Shown piece by piece: positions 1 to 13,885 of a DNA stretch of 64,000 nt. The stretch lies in contig NIVC01000640.1 in NCBI GenBank assembly GCA_002269645.1, positions 372,001 through 436,000 on the forward strand, written 5' to 3'. This stretch comes from Macrostomum lignano. Its lineage: Eukaryota. Below the pieces are notes generated by a model that searched no databases, was not told the DNA's origin, and saw only the letters and a list, made by a program, of their open reading frames with translations. Both the position numbers and the translations under genes were made by a program. Each line of letters opens with the position of its first letter. Position 1 is the stretch's first letter.

Positions 1-1419
1 GATGGCCATCAGATGGCCCTTGACAGTCATGATGTCGCATAGCAAGGCCAGATGGCGATAATTAACGTAGCTGCCGTCAAAGCTGATCACGTGATTCATC
101 TCGCGCTCGATGGCCTTGCGAACGGCTTCGATGCCAAGAACTTCGAATATTTCCACGATGTCGTTGCTAACAGTGCGCACAGGGTCGACGTTGCGTTCGG
201 CAAGCACTGGAACAAAAGTTTATACACGGTGGATTTGATTGCGTGACAAGTAGCGTTTTCATCTATCCCTATTGTGAGCTTCCATATGCGGTCAAAAATC
301 GAGATTTTACTACTATTGAGTAGTAACGCTTGTATTATGAATAAATTAAGACGAACCTTCATCAGACAGGTGCCGTCAGTCTCCAGTATCCAGTCAGCAA
401 CATAATGATAGCTTCCGTCCTCATTGAACATAACCCGCTTCTTGCTGTCCTCCTTCGGCAGGTGCATGTACACCTTGGCGATTGACTCGATGCCCTGCAG
501 GGTCATATCGCTAAGCAGATTCTGCTCGATCAGCCGCAGGAAGGTCTGATCCTCCAGCTTGTCAACGCCTGTGGCGGCGGCCTCCTCTTCGTCGTCCTTT
601 TCGCCATCCTGGCCCATGATTCGAATGCGCAGCACCAGCTTCTCCGAATTGTCGTCATTGAAGATGCAGCTGAGATCGTTGCCGAAGCTGGCCGACACTT
701 CTCAGCGATGCTCTCCATAGTGAGCTTCTTGTCCACCATCCGCTTCCTATCTAGCTCGATCCGCAGCATCCACGGGCTGGGCCGCGGCAACATCAAAGTC
801 GCCCAAATCGTAGTAGAGGCTGACCCAGTCGCGGTCCTCTTTGATGACGGTGTTTCCGCGGATCCGGATCGTAGTAGATAGCCGTGTTGGCGACAACCTT
901 ACGCAGAGTGGTGTGCTCCAGCCGGCACAGGACATCCTTAGCCTTCTCGGCATCGATAGCAGCTTGGCCAGTGAGAAACACGTTAGGCTGGGCGTCTTCG
1001 GCGCTTAGACACGTTGATAATCTCTTTAAGCCGGGGCACGCCCAGCGTGACGTTCTTGGCCGACACGCCGGCATAGTGGAAAGTGTTGAGCGTCATCTGC
1101 GTGGCCGGCTCGCGAGAGACTGCGCAGCGGGGCGCCGACCATCTCGCCAGGGTGCACGTGGGCGAGCTGGAATCGGGACTCGATCTCGCCTAGCAGCCAT
1201 TCGAATGCTTCGGCACTGAGCCTGTGCTCCTCAATCACCTTCTTGCAGCACAGGGACGAGCGGATCAGGCAGGCCATCAGCAGCGTGGCGTTATTGTTAG
1301 CCTCCCGGCTAAGCTTGTCGTCGCCTTTCACAATGCACAACTGTTCGCAGAGGCGCGGACGCCTTGGACAACCCGGGTTGGATGCAGATCGGTAGGCCGG
1401 CGCACGTTTAGCTTGAATA
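1..1419 (-). pseudogene. Tandem duplicate of RPB1 exon 5 (3' part), intron 5 and exon 6 start, with many frameshifting indels
   Basis: 1..1419 matches 1800..3221 almost base for base, including the ~148-bp intron. ORF pieces repeat RPB1 text ([32 protein letters not shown]) in shifting frames. Confidence 0.85.
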
Positions 1420-4400
1420 GCCGCCAGCTGGCGTCATGCCAGGCGTGATGGCCGGAGACCAGGCGCCGGCGTATGGCGTTGCCCCGCTGTTCCACGGCGT
1501 GGCATGCGGGGTGAATCCGCCGCCTGTTGGCGAAGCTGCGCCGCCGAAGATGATGCCGGTGGTGCCGAGCCCGTGCCCATGGGGATCTCCATGGCGAATC
1601 GACACTGCTCGTGATCCAACAGCAGGTCGAAGCAGCCGGTGCCGATGCGGGCTAGCTGGCCAAGCATAATATTCTCGCTGACGCCCTTCACCGGGTCAAC
1701 CTCGGCAGAGCTGGCCGCCTCCATCAGGATGTCGACAGTCTCTTCAAAGGAGCAGCGGGCCAGAGCGCCGGTGTCCTGCCTGTTGATGCCGTGCCGGGTG
1801 ATGGCCATCAGATGGCCCTTGACAGTCATGATGTCGCATAGCAAGGCCAGATGGCGATAATTAACGTAGCTGCCGTCAAAGCTGATCACGTGATTCATCT
1901 CGCGCTCGATGGCCTTGCGAACGGCTTCGATGCCAAGAACTTCGAATATTTCCACGATGTCGTTGCTAACAGTGCGCACAGGGTCGACGTTGCGTTCGGC
2001 AAGCACCTGGAACAAAAGTTTATACACGGTGGATTTGATTGCGTGACAAGTAGCGTTTGATATCAGTATTGTGAGCTTCCATATGCGGGTCAAAAATCGA
2101 GATTTTACTACTATTGAGTAGTAACGCTTGTATTATGAATAAATTAAGACGAACCTTCATCAGACAGGTGCCGTCAGTCTCCAGTATCCAGTCGGCAACG
2201 TAATGATAGCTTCCGTCCTCATTGAACATAACCCGCTTCTTGCTGTCCTCCTTCGGCAGGTGCATGTACACCTTGGCGATTGACTCGATGCCCTGCAGGG
2301 TCATATCGCTAAGCAGATTCTGCTCGATCAGCCGCAGGAAGGTCTGATCCTCCAGCTTGTCAACGCCTGTGGCGGCGGCCTCCTCTTCGTCGTCCTTCTC
2401 GCCATCCTGGCCCATGATTCGAATGCGCAGCACCAGCTTCTCCGAATTGTCGTCATTGAAGATGCAGCTGAGATCGTTGCCGAAGCTGGCCGACACTTTC
2501 TCAGCGATGCTCTCCATAGTGAGCTTCTTGTCCACCATCCGCTTCCTATCTAGCTCGATCCGCAGCATCCACGGGCTGGCCCGGGCAACATCAAAGTCGC
2601 CCAAATCGTAGTAGAGGCTGACCCAGTCGCGGTCCTCTTTGATGACGGTGTTCCGCGGATCCGGGTCGTAGTAGATAGCCGTGTTGGCGACAACCTTACG
2701 CAGAGTGGTGTGCTCCAGCCGGCACAGGACATCCTTAGCCTTCTCGGCATCGATAGCAGCTTGGCCAGTAAGAAACACCGTTAGGCTTGGCGTCTTCGGC
2801 CGCTTAGACACGTTGATAATCTCTTTAAGCCGGGGCACGCCCAGCGTGACGTTCTTGGCCGACACGCCGGCATAGTGGAAAGTGTTGAGCGTCATCTGCG
2901 TGGCCGGCTCGCCGAGAGACTGCGCAGCGAGGGCGCCGACCATCTCGCCAGGGTGCACGTGGGCGAGCTGGAATCGGGACTCGATCTCGCCTAGCAGCCA
3001 TTCGAATGCTTCGGCACTGAGCCTGTGCTCCTCAATCACCTTCTTGCAGCACAGGGACGAGCGGATCAGGCAGGCCATCAGCAGCGTGGCGTTATTGTTA
3101 GCCTCCCGGCTAAGCTTGTCGTCGCCTTTCACAATGCACAACTGTTCGCAGAGGCCGCGGACGCCTTGGACAACCCGGGTTGGATGCAGATCGGTAGGCC
3201 GGCGCACGTTTAGCTTGAATATCTTGGTGGCATTCCATATCAGGCGCTGTATGTTGCAGGGCAGCACTGTGCGCGCGTCGCCTCGAGGAAAAATTGCTCT
3301 CAGCTCTTTGCGATCTGCCTGCAGCTGATTCCACTCTCGCTCAAGCTCCTGTTGGCAGTTGTTATCGTGTAATACTCGCCTCATCTGCTCCTCGGTCATG
3401 CAGCGGCGGAGCATTCGCTCGTTGCTCAAATCGAAACGGAAATTCCGTTCGAATGCCGGATTAGACGGCTTGATGATTGGCACGGCTTGGAACTCGACGT
3501 GACAGGCGTCCAGGCCGTCTTCGCCGTACCTCAGCTGGATGACCTGTTCGATCTGGTTGCGCACAGTATTGTCGTACTTGACCATCACAGATTCCATGGC
3601 TTTGATCAAGCGACGCTGAATATAGCCAGTCTCGGCGGTTTTCACGGCCGTGTCAATCAAACCTTCGCGACCGCCCATGGCGTGAAAGTAGAATTCGGTG
3701 GGCGTCAAGCCTGCGGGGCGAGTGAATGCGCAAGATTATAACTTCAAGACTTTTAGAATTTCTATAGTTAATTAAGTTCCTATTAAACACTTTATATTTG
3801 CCCCAAAGTGGTACGGGGGCCGTAGCCCAGAGGTCTAGCGCGGCGCTCTGGTGTGCCAGCGGGCCAGGCTCGATTCCAAGGGCAGTCACATTAATTTGGG
3901 GCCAAATTGAACTCTTGGCTTAGCTTTGCTCGTGCAATTAACTCTTAAAATGTACATGTCTAACGATAAATAAAGTTAGGGTTGTTGTACACTCCTGTGT
4001 GAGTCTCTGTGCTTGTGTGCCTCTTTAGGGGAGTCGGCGAAATGGGAAAGAAATCGATTGTGTAATGGCAAGGACCAGGTAATGAGGACTCATGGTTCGA
4101 TTCCCCATGCGACGACGGCAAAGACAAAGAGTTGTGTACTGATTAGAAAGTCAGGGCCACTGTGCGAGTGCGTGCCGGCCTACACATTACACACAACTAA
4201 AACCACTCAGAACGGTGGCTCACCTGCCAGGTAGGAGTTCTCAACGAAGCCGCGAGACTCTGGCCCGTAGTCGTCTTTGATGAAGTGCGGCAGAGTCCGA
4301 TGGCAGAAGCCGAACGGAATCCGTTTACCTTCGACGTTCTGCTGGCCTACGCAGGCGATAACCTGAGAGATGTTGATCTTGGAGCCTTTGGCGCCGGACA

Positions 4401-7400
4401 CCACCATAGCGTTGAAGTTGTTGAACTCAGACAGAGACTTCTGAGCGCAGCTGCCAGTCTTCTCTCGGGCATCGTTGAGTATCTTATTAACCATGTTCTC
4501 AAACGTCTGTCGAAGAGTATTGCCGGGCGTAGGCGTCAGCTCGTCGTGATGCGCCTGATTGATGACATCTTCCACATTCTCCTTCGCCTTCTTGATAGTC
4601 TCGCGAATGTCGCTGTAGGTCTTATTGTCCGCAATGGTGTCGCCTATGCCAATAGTGTGGCCCTCGATCAGCAGCCAGTTGTTTACTACAGTCTGGATTT
4701 CGCCATAGAACCGACCGGCGTCCATGTGGCTGCACTCCAGGGCGACAATGTGCACCAGAGAGCCAGCGGACGCGCCCAGCGACTTCTTGCACAGGATGCC
4801 GCTAAGCAGCTGGCCGTCCTCCACCAGAACCTTGGTGTCGCCCGGGCTGATCCATTTATAGGGCCCGTTGTCCTCCTCGTCCGGATGAGTGAAGTGCGTT
4901 CGTACGCAGTTAATCCTTGGCGGAATGATAAGGCTAAACAGCTGCTTGCCAGTCCACAGTGGCTGAGGCTTCAGTATAGCAGGATTCGGCATCCGACCGT
5001 CCCAGCTGGGCAGGTACATTAGCAAGTTCATCATCTCGGCCCGAGTTATAAACACGTCGCGTTTAGTCATCTTCCTGACAGCGGTCAGGGTGTCCTGCAC
5101 AATGCCCATTACCGGCCGGTTGCTCTGCGGCGTGATGATCATGCGGGGCACAGTGGCAAGCTGGGCGATCTCGGCTTTGGTCTCCAGCGACTGCGGCATG
5201 TGCAAATTCATCTCGTCTCCATCGAAGTCGGCGTTGTACGGAGTGGTGACCGACAGGTTTAGGCGAAAGGTGGACCAGGGTAGCACCTGGGAAAATTAAG
5301 AAAGATTAGAGCTAACTTTAAAATTGTAAGAGCCAAGTTCATCAAGTGATACATGGACTTCACATATGTTGTATCAACAGTAGCATACATCGGATTTAAT
5401 GCGCTTATTTGCATTTTGACGCAACGCATTCGGCCACATCTTCCCACAGCCAACTGTGAGGCACTTACTGTAAGTGCAAGCAGCGCTCCAATACTACGCT
5501 TACACAGGGTGTACACGGCGGCCCTGACTTTCAAATTGTCAGGCAATGCACCTTTGTCATATGAAATCTAATAACACTCCTAAATGAGGCGCAACTATCT
5601 ACTTTCAACCGCCTACGAGTAGTATCAAGCAAATTCGTACAAACCTTGACCCGATGGCACATCATAGACATTTTGTGCAGAGTTGGCTGCCGATTAAACA
5701 CAACATAATCATCGTCCATCATGTGACGCTCAACAATGTAGCCAATTTGCAGAGTGAGATCGGCGGCCTTCGGATGGTAGCGCAGATCGATGCGATCGCC
5801 GTTGTCGCGAATGATGTACTTGGCGCCTGGATAGTGATTGGCACCGTTGCGGACCAGCTCCTGAAGCCATTCAATGTTGAACGGGGTCACCACCTCCGGG
5901 AAGGTGAGGTTCAAAGCGATGGTTCGGGGCACGCCGACCTGGTGAATGCCGATGTTCGGATCGGCAGTGATGACGGTACGACCGCTGAAGTCGACGCGTT
6001 TGCCCATCAGGTTGCCTCGGATCCGGCCCTCCTTGCCTTTCAGACGCTGTTTGACCGACTTAAGCGGTCGGCCAGACTTTTGAGTAGCCTTGGGCAGGCC
6101 AGGTATCTCATTGTCAATGAGGGTGGTGCAGTGATACTGCAGCATCTTAGTGTCCTCCTGGATAATGTGAGCAGCCGCACCGCTCTGCTCATTCCGTCTC
6201 AACTGATTATTAGCTTTGATAATATCTGACAACTTGTGCGTCAGATCGTCCTGATTTTTGGCGGCTCCGTGCATCACTACGGCCGGCCGAACCGGAAGCG
6301 GCGGCACGGGCAGCACGGTGGTGATCATCCAGTCGGGCCTGGCGAAGCGAACATTCATGCCGAGGACATGACAGTCGTCGTCAGAGATGCGCTTGAAGAT
6401 TTCTAATACGCGCTCGGCCGACAGGGCGATCTTGCGCTCCTGGCTTTCATCGTTTACCTGTCAGTTTGGTATGGGTTATATTAAGGGGTTATATAGAAAT
6501 GACAAAGGTTAGAATAAAAAGGATGCGTAAAGCCGAGATTGTAGGAGGGGGGTTGCTTTTTCAATCGCAACTCGTTTACGAGACTATGGGGTAGAGCAAG
6601 TATAGCTTATTAATTTGTGTACTCTGTCGGCAAATGTACTTTACGAATTTTCATTGGGTGGCCCGTAACACAATGTCAGACCTTGTTCCACTCGGCCGAC
6701 AAGTCCAATCCGGTTTTGCGAATCTTCGGCTGATAACGGGAGCAACCAGACCGGACGGTGACTTCGCCGCCGATGCCTTCGCTGAACGCCGCCCCGCCAG
6801 CCTCGGCGTCCGGCTGGTCCTGCTGGCCGCCGGTGGACGGAGCCTCGCAGATGCTTTTACCTTTGCACTCGTCGTAGATGTAGTTTAAACGCCGCTGCGG
6901 ATGATGGGCCGTTTTAATAAGAATTTCCTTCACCTTCTCCGACTGCGGATCGATTAGCAGCTTGGAGCAGAAGAAGCAAACGCAGCGAAGTATCTTCACT
7001 ATCTTAGTCATCATTGGCACGTGGAACACCGGCTTGGCCAGCTCAATGTGTCCGAAATGGCCCGGACATTGCGACATGTTGCCGGCGCAGGTCTGGCAGC
7101 GGGACATTCGGTCGATGACGCCCTGCCTCGGGTCCATAAGGCCGCCCAGCTTTGGCTTGCCCGCCTCCATGGTCTCTGGATAGAGTATGCCGCCCTCGGT
7201 CACAGACATGCGCTTCTACAATGGGCAGGCGGGCAAAATCAAATAGCAATGGTTTGGACATCAGAACATTTTTTGCTACCTATCCTTTCCAAGTAGGCCT
7301 TGTTTTCCATAGCTATTGTTCAAAGCCCTACAAGTAATTGTAATTGCAATTACTGCAAATTAGGGGTTATCAAGGGGTTGGGACTAGTTTAGGCCCATTG

Positions 7401-10400
7401 ATTAGGATAAAGCTTTGAGCTTATATGTTTTCCTCTTGCATACTATGGCCTATTTAATGAAACACAATGTTGCTTATCTATTTTGTTACTCTTATGCAAA
7501 CTTGAAATAGCAAACTATTACAATTATCTTTGGCAATTCCTTAATATATATCCATAAGTAGACATGTCTAGCTAGGTTCAAGGACTAGTACTAATTAGTG
7601 ATGGACCAAATGTGGATTTTTGCAAGTTTACAAAACCGAATCCAAATGTACAAAAAAATTCTGAATCCGAATCTGAATATCCAAATGTGTTTCCAAATGT
7701 AAACAAGCAAAAGGTAAACAGCGAGAGTAACTATGATACTTTTAAGTAACAAAAATGTATCAGCATCTATTAATGATCTAAGTAAACAACTAGTCTACTC
7801 TTAAAGCAAAATTTCAAGTGAAATTGCAAGAATTAAAACCTAGTAAAGAGTAAGTAAGTTTGAATTCAGCATAACTCTTATATAACTAATCTAGATAATT
7901 CTAATTATTAATACTAACTGACATTATATTCATGTTCTTGAGAATGCTTTACTATAGTCTGTAAGTCCATGCATTTGCATTTTGAAAAGAACCAACTAAT
8001 GATTACACTTAAACAATGATTGCCAAAAATCTTTCTGCAACTTTAGGTTCAATGCCTCAAAGGTCTTAAAGTTTAGTAACTGTTTCTTTCAAATATTTTG
8101 CTGCAAAAATGAACAACATGGCATAAAATTTTATACTTTCTTATTTTAAAAGTTTTATTTCTTTTACAAACTTGAAATTGTTTAGGTTTCTTGATTTTTT
8201 AATATTTGGAAGCATATTTGAAAAATATTTGGAATATTGGATTTGTTATACAATATTAAAGCCTGATCAGGATAAGAAAAATCTGGTTGGGCGGGATTGG
8301 GTGGGATTGAATTCAAAAAGTTGGGACTTGGGATTGGTTGGGATTGAGATCAAGGTCTACCATTGGCATCCAGGCTTCTTTAGGTATACAATGGCTAAGG
8401 ATGCATTTATTACTATAATATATAGGCTAATAGGCACATTTATTAATTTGTATTAGTAGGCCCTGGTCAAGTAATATTACTACTACTATACTAGCCTAAC
8501 TTGTAGTTTAGTATAAGTTAGTACTATAAAACATAGAGCCTAGACAAACTCAGATTTTGGTCAAGTCGAGTACTTGATCAAACTTTGGGAGTTCAAGCTG
8601 AGTATTCAAGTTGAGTTTTGTTGAGCAGTCAAGTAGAATGAAAATTTGGAAGTTAGTAAATTTCAAACTTCAACCTTGCTCTATTTGACTATTGTCATAT
8701 TTTTTGCACTAAACTTTATATATTTCATTTTGTTAGTATTTCTATTGCAATAGTAATTATAGATTATCAAATAATACCTTAAGCACAAAATTGTGCTATT
8801 CAATTACTTTTCGTTTGAGTAAGTTAATTGATTCATTTACATAAACATATTCTAGGAAATCAAAATAACCTCAAACTAAATAAATGATTCAATTTAGAAT
8901 ACTTGCCTCATCTAGTCATTTCAAAATCTCTTCTAAATGATTTGATGGTATACTTAAAATGTAAAAATTTTTTATTAATCCTGCCTGACTTTTCCCGACA
9001 CTTACTCTTGACATGGTTGGGAATCTGAAAAAACACCCAGGTCCCAACCAAGTCAGGATTGGGATCTTAGTCAGGCTTTATACAATATCTTAAATAAAGA
9101 ATTTGTTAAAATTGCATCATAAAATGAAAGTGAGGGGATAGAAATAAAAATGCAAGGGAATAGTAAGAATTGGACATAGACACACAAGATTTCTATAGTC
9201 ATAGCATTGAGTTGTTAATATTGTTATACTCATTTCTTTTCAGCCATGGTAGCAAAACAAAATTCTTCTGGCTTGTTTAATTTGACAAAGAACATGTTTT
9301 ATTTTTAGGGTCTTTTATTTCTTTGCCACATACCCCCTCATTTTTATTTTAGGATACATTCTTAACAAATTCTCTATTTAAGGTTTTGTATAACAAAAGT
9401 GAATATAAGGAAAAAGCTATAATTGAAGCATTATTGCAATTATATTATGTCTATTTGACACAAAATATGGGTATTGTAAAACAAAAGAATGCCACATTCA
9501 TTAATTGCTGCCATCCCCTATGTAGTCTAAATAGAGAATCCATTGAACTTTAAAAGATAGCATATAAGCCAAAAATCATATGCATAATGCATATTTAAGC
9601 CTTTAGGCTAAAGATAGCCTTTACAAGGGGGTCCATGGAGATTTTGAAACTTCTAAATTTCTAATTTTTTATTATATACTATGATAGATCTTATTTGTAT
9701 AAATAAAAATACACCTCACTTTTGAATTTTGGTCAAGTAATAAAAAAGTTATAGCATTTTAGTGTTATATTTTTTAATACTTTCATAATGCATTTTCCCA
9801 TAAGGTACTGTGATCATTTTTCTTCAAAATGTCTGATTTTCTGAGTTATAGATAATATAACTTTTGAACTATCCAATGGATTTTTATGCCTAAAATGTCT
9901 TTTTATCATTTTTCTTGTAGATTATTTTGCATTAGTGCTTTGCAAAATGCATTTGATAGTTTTTCTCCTATTCTCAAAATAATGAGGTGCTGTAAATGGA
10001 ATTTTAATCCTCAGAACACCATTATTCCATTTTTATCTTTATATAAATCATCCAAATACAATACCAAGCCAATCTAGCTATCTGGTGAGGGGCTTAGCCA
10101 AGGTAAGTTGCAAAAATGCCTATCTAATTAGTACTCCAAATCCACACTCCAGATCATGTAATATATGCCCAAAAATTTGTGCATGCATTGGCCTTGCATG
10201 CCAAAATTAGACATGCACAGTTGGCGTGCATCACTCCTGAGAAAATAGTATGTGTGCACACTTGGCATGCACTTTATAGAATCACGCGTAAGAGTTATTG
10301 TGAAGTAGAAAAAAGATTAAAAAAAGTTCATTCTTAAGCGCAAATTTCAAGCTTGTATAGAGCATTTAAACAAATCTTTGCATGTATAAATTTTCTGATA

Positions 10401-13050
10401 TAAATAGTATCTACAAAAAAGAATAAAAAGTAACCAAATTATCTGGTAATAAGGGTCAATTACACAATTTAAAAAAGGTCTTTTATTGTCACAACATAAA
10501 AAGGTCATTTATTGTTGCAACATCAGCGTATTTTTTAGAACGGAGTACTTATAAGCACAGCAGCTGTGTCTATAATATTTGAGCTTATAGGCACGGCAAT
10601 AATCATCAATATAAAATGTGTGTTCTGTAGGGCTTTCTCACAAGCAATTGGTGGCTTAGTGGATATATCGATTTCTTTGTGATTGTGTGTAGCAAGGGTT
10701 TGAATCCCAAGTGGTTGGAGATTTTTTTTGAAATTTTTTAGCAAACAGAAACTTTTCCGCCTTGAATTTTTTTAGATTTTTAATTAAAAAAATTTAAATT
10801 AATTTTTAATAAGAATAAACTTAATCTTAAAGTGTGGCCAATATGTATCAAAAAAAACTTTTTTCATATAAAATTGTGGCCGAACTTCAAGATTTTGTGT
10901 TACTCTTAAAATTCTAATTTAATTTAATTTAAAAAAAAATTCAAATTAAAAAACTCCCGAATGACTTATTCAATCAGTCGATATTTTTCATCCAATTGAT
11001 GATTATATATACATAGCAGCCATGCCTATATTAAGCTCCAATATTAGAGACACAGCCACCCACCGTGCCTCGAAGTGTGAACCTAGTCAATATTAATGAC
11101 ATGGCCACCCACCGTGTCTCTAAGTGTGAACCCATTCAATATTAACGACATGGCTACCATGCAAGTTTCATTGACATGGCGACTGTGTCTCTAATAATGA
11201 CTAGGTCCATACTTATAGACACGGCCACCGTGTCTATAAGTATGGACCTAGTCACAAGTTTCTGCATTATAGACATAGCCGTAGTGTCTTTAAGTGTGGC
11301 ATTTTGAGAATGGGTATACACTAAATTTTTTGGCATGCATTTGTAATTATTCAATTTTTGTTTGGGCATGCACCTAGCATAATCTAGACTATGGCTCCAA
11401 ATTAGCAAAGGAGTACTAATTAAATGATGAGGTATTTACTCCTGCCATTTACCTAAACCATTAGTACCATTATTGGAGTTGTAGTAAGATTTGGCAATGA
11501 GATCATTGTTTCCTCTTGTTTGCATGCCATTTTGGATAATAAAACAGAAGAAAAAAGAAGAAAAAGAAAGTCCATTTGTTTGGTTATACATACATATTAT
11601 TAGGGGGGGGTCATGTTTAGACCACTATATGGATAAAAATGGAAACTGAAAAGTAAAAAAAATGATACAATTAAATTCTATGAAAAAATTCTATATAAAA
11701 AACAGGTGCTGGCAATTTGGGACCCTAGATTCACTAGTAGAAATAATCATTTAAAGTTTTTAAATGAAATTTTATAATACATAAAATAATTAATTTTTTC
11801 TTAAAAAACCTATAAAAAGTAAAATTTATAGTCTTTTCTATCTATTTTCATCAACAAGATGTTTTACTACATCTTTTTTCATTTTTATGTGTTGGCACTT
11901 TTAGAAACATACACACTTACAAAAATCACAATGTGAAATTTAGAGAGAAAAAACGAAAACTTTAAACATATATCACTTTTGTCAACGTTGACCAATTCTT
12001 TTATAAAAACAGGCATTCTTTCATTTTACAATCCCTGAGCAGGTCAAGTTTTGTCTTACGATCCCCATTAAAAAAGAATCAAAAAGACACTCTAGTTTAT
12101 CAAAAAAGTATGTTTCACATTTATTTTCCAAGAACAAAATCATTGCAACTCACTTTCCAGTCAACCTAATTCATCATTGCAACTTACTTTTTAGTCAACT
12201 TGAGGATTGTTGGCGTAGCATTAGTTATGAAAGCATATAGCTTATATTCACTTTTATCATATGATCATTTAAATGAAGTTATATGTAGATGATTGACTAA
12301 TTTTACTATTGGTGTGATTGTAAGTCAAAATCTACAAGCTCTTTCAGTTTTGTCTTGTGATTATCTGCATATAACTTCACCATTTAAATGATCACATAAC
12401 GAAAGTGAATATAAGGACAGGCTTTTAACTTCTATAAGACACAATATTTTTTGTTAAAATGACACACTTAGAAGTGGTCCCATTTTGAAGTTCAATTTTA
12501 AGAGCAATTTTCCATTCTCTGTGGGGGATCATATAACAAGTCCCAACACTTATAGGGACAGTGCTAGGTGATCATAAAACAAAAGAATGCCTAAAAACAT
12601 TTATTTGAAGCAAAATTTTATAATCTTTTGAACCTTTCCATCTTTATTCTATGAAAACTTCTATTTTTTGTGTTTTTCTTAATCAAACATACAACCCTTT
12701 TTACCAATTTTTTACTTTTTTTTACTTTTCTATGTTGCTCAATAGACCCGCTACCTTTACTACCATGTCTAAATATATAAGAAGACTGCTTAAATGTATT
12801 TTAATACTTTAAGACTCAAAGGGATTATGAACACTAGTGCTTGCATGCAAGCTAATAAGAACCTATGCTATATATTTGAATACTTTAATAATATATTAGA
12901 TACCTATCATATTCATATCATAGCCATAATAATTAAAATTTGAGTAAAACTACTACAACTTACAATTTCATCAGGGCTGAGAATACCAAATTGGACTCTT
13001 TTAACTGTCCTCAATGGTGCAGTTGAATCTGCAACCTCGTACATAAGCAT
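1408..13050 (-). CDS. POLR2A: RNA polymerase II largest subunit (RPB1), truncated before the CTD heptads in this assembly
   Basis: Exons 12964-13050 ([29 protein letters not shown]), 6682-7215, 5645-6457, 4224-5286, 2155-3710, 2006-~1420. All introns are GT-AG and phase-consistent. Catalytic NADFDGD, bridge helix ([23 protein letters not shown]) and trigger loop ([15 protein letters not shown]) are present. A 1-nt frameshift lies near 1572; stop at 1408 after the duplication junction. Confidence 0.97.
3815..3888 (+). mobile_element. tRNA-derived (tRNA-Glu-like) short SINE-type repeat in RPB1 intron 4
   Basis: A-box TAGCCCAGAGG and B-box GGCTCGATTCC. A second copy lies at 31393-31470 on the minus strand. 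The cloverleaf is imperfect. Confidence 0.6.
4059..4110 (+). mobile_element. Degenerate tRNA-derived SINE head
   Basis: GTGTAATGG (A-box-like) and GGTTCGATTCCC (B-box); no cloverleaf. Confidence 0.35.
12241..12414. mobile_element. MITE-like imperfect inverted repeat (~50-bp arms)
   Basis: CTTATATTCACTTTTATCATATGATCATTTAAAT... pairs with ...CATTTAAATGATCACATAACGAAAGTGAATATAAG. The end motif TAAC(G/A)AAAGTGAATATAAGG recurs near 9391 and 46926. Confidence 0.5.
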
Positions 13051-13885
13051 TCTGACAAGCTTCTAATGATGTCGGCGAATGCAAAATGAAAGCAAGGACA
13101 ATATCAACTATCTCAATCCCAACCTGTATAAAGGTTGGGTAGGTTTCAAATTGTTTTTAGCAGGCCTTCTTAGTATAGAAAAATTACAAACTAAACGCTG
13201 CTCTGCGAAAAAATTCGTTTGTTAGACTTAGTGAGTAAGAGAGAGTTAAATTGGGGGACGCGGCCGGTAGCACAAATTTAAGAAATATGAAGTGATTTGA
13301 AAGTAAAAGTCTACCAAATTAATGTTTTTATTTAATAAATAAACAACACATGTCTTGTATTCTTTGGCATTTCTTAGAAATAGTTCTTTATAGCACACTA
13401 AAGAATTTAATAGTTTTGTTTAATCTTTGTGACATCTATATTTAGCCTAAAGTTTTAACAAAACGTTGACTGTATACAGTAAAATGTAACATTGCTGTAT
13501 TTATTGCTGTATGCTAAAATTCTGTATTCAGACAGACGCATGTTGAAGATATAATTTTTATAAGAAAAGACAGAGTTTTGATTTTTATAGGTAGAGATAT
13601 ATTTAAATATTGTGCTAGTTTTACGTCTTTTTTTCTTAAAAGAAACGGACGAATAAAATTAGTGAGCTAAGAGAGGACTGGGTCCGTATTTGAGTAATAA
13701 ATTTAATCCTACGTTTTAATAGTTGTGCGTGTTCGATTTTCTTCTGTAGAATTTTACAGTCTATAAAGAATTCGTTTTGAAACAAAAAACGAAATGTCAT
13801 CTTTGTTCCTGCGCAAAATTTTCAGCATTAATCCCGCATGTAAGTAGGAATGGCCTACTAGGCTAGGCCACGTTTATTAGTCTAT
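13051..13885. promoter_or_regulatory. Probable bidirectional promoter of RPB1 and NDUFS8
   Basis: Divergent start codons at 13050 (-) and 13886 (+). Locally more CpG than the flanking introns. No transcript data available. Confidence 0.55.

Noticed and set aside
52-7337. Plus-strand ORFs over RPB1 (e.g. 4285-5022, 5654-6229, 2882-3328)
   Set aside because: Antisense shadows of GC-rich RPB1 codons; no independent motifs.
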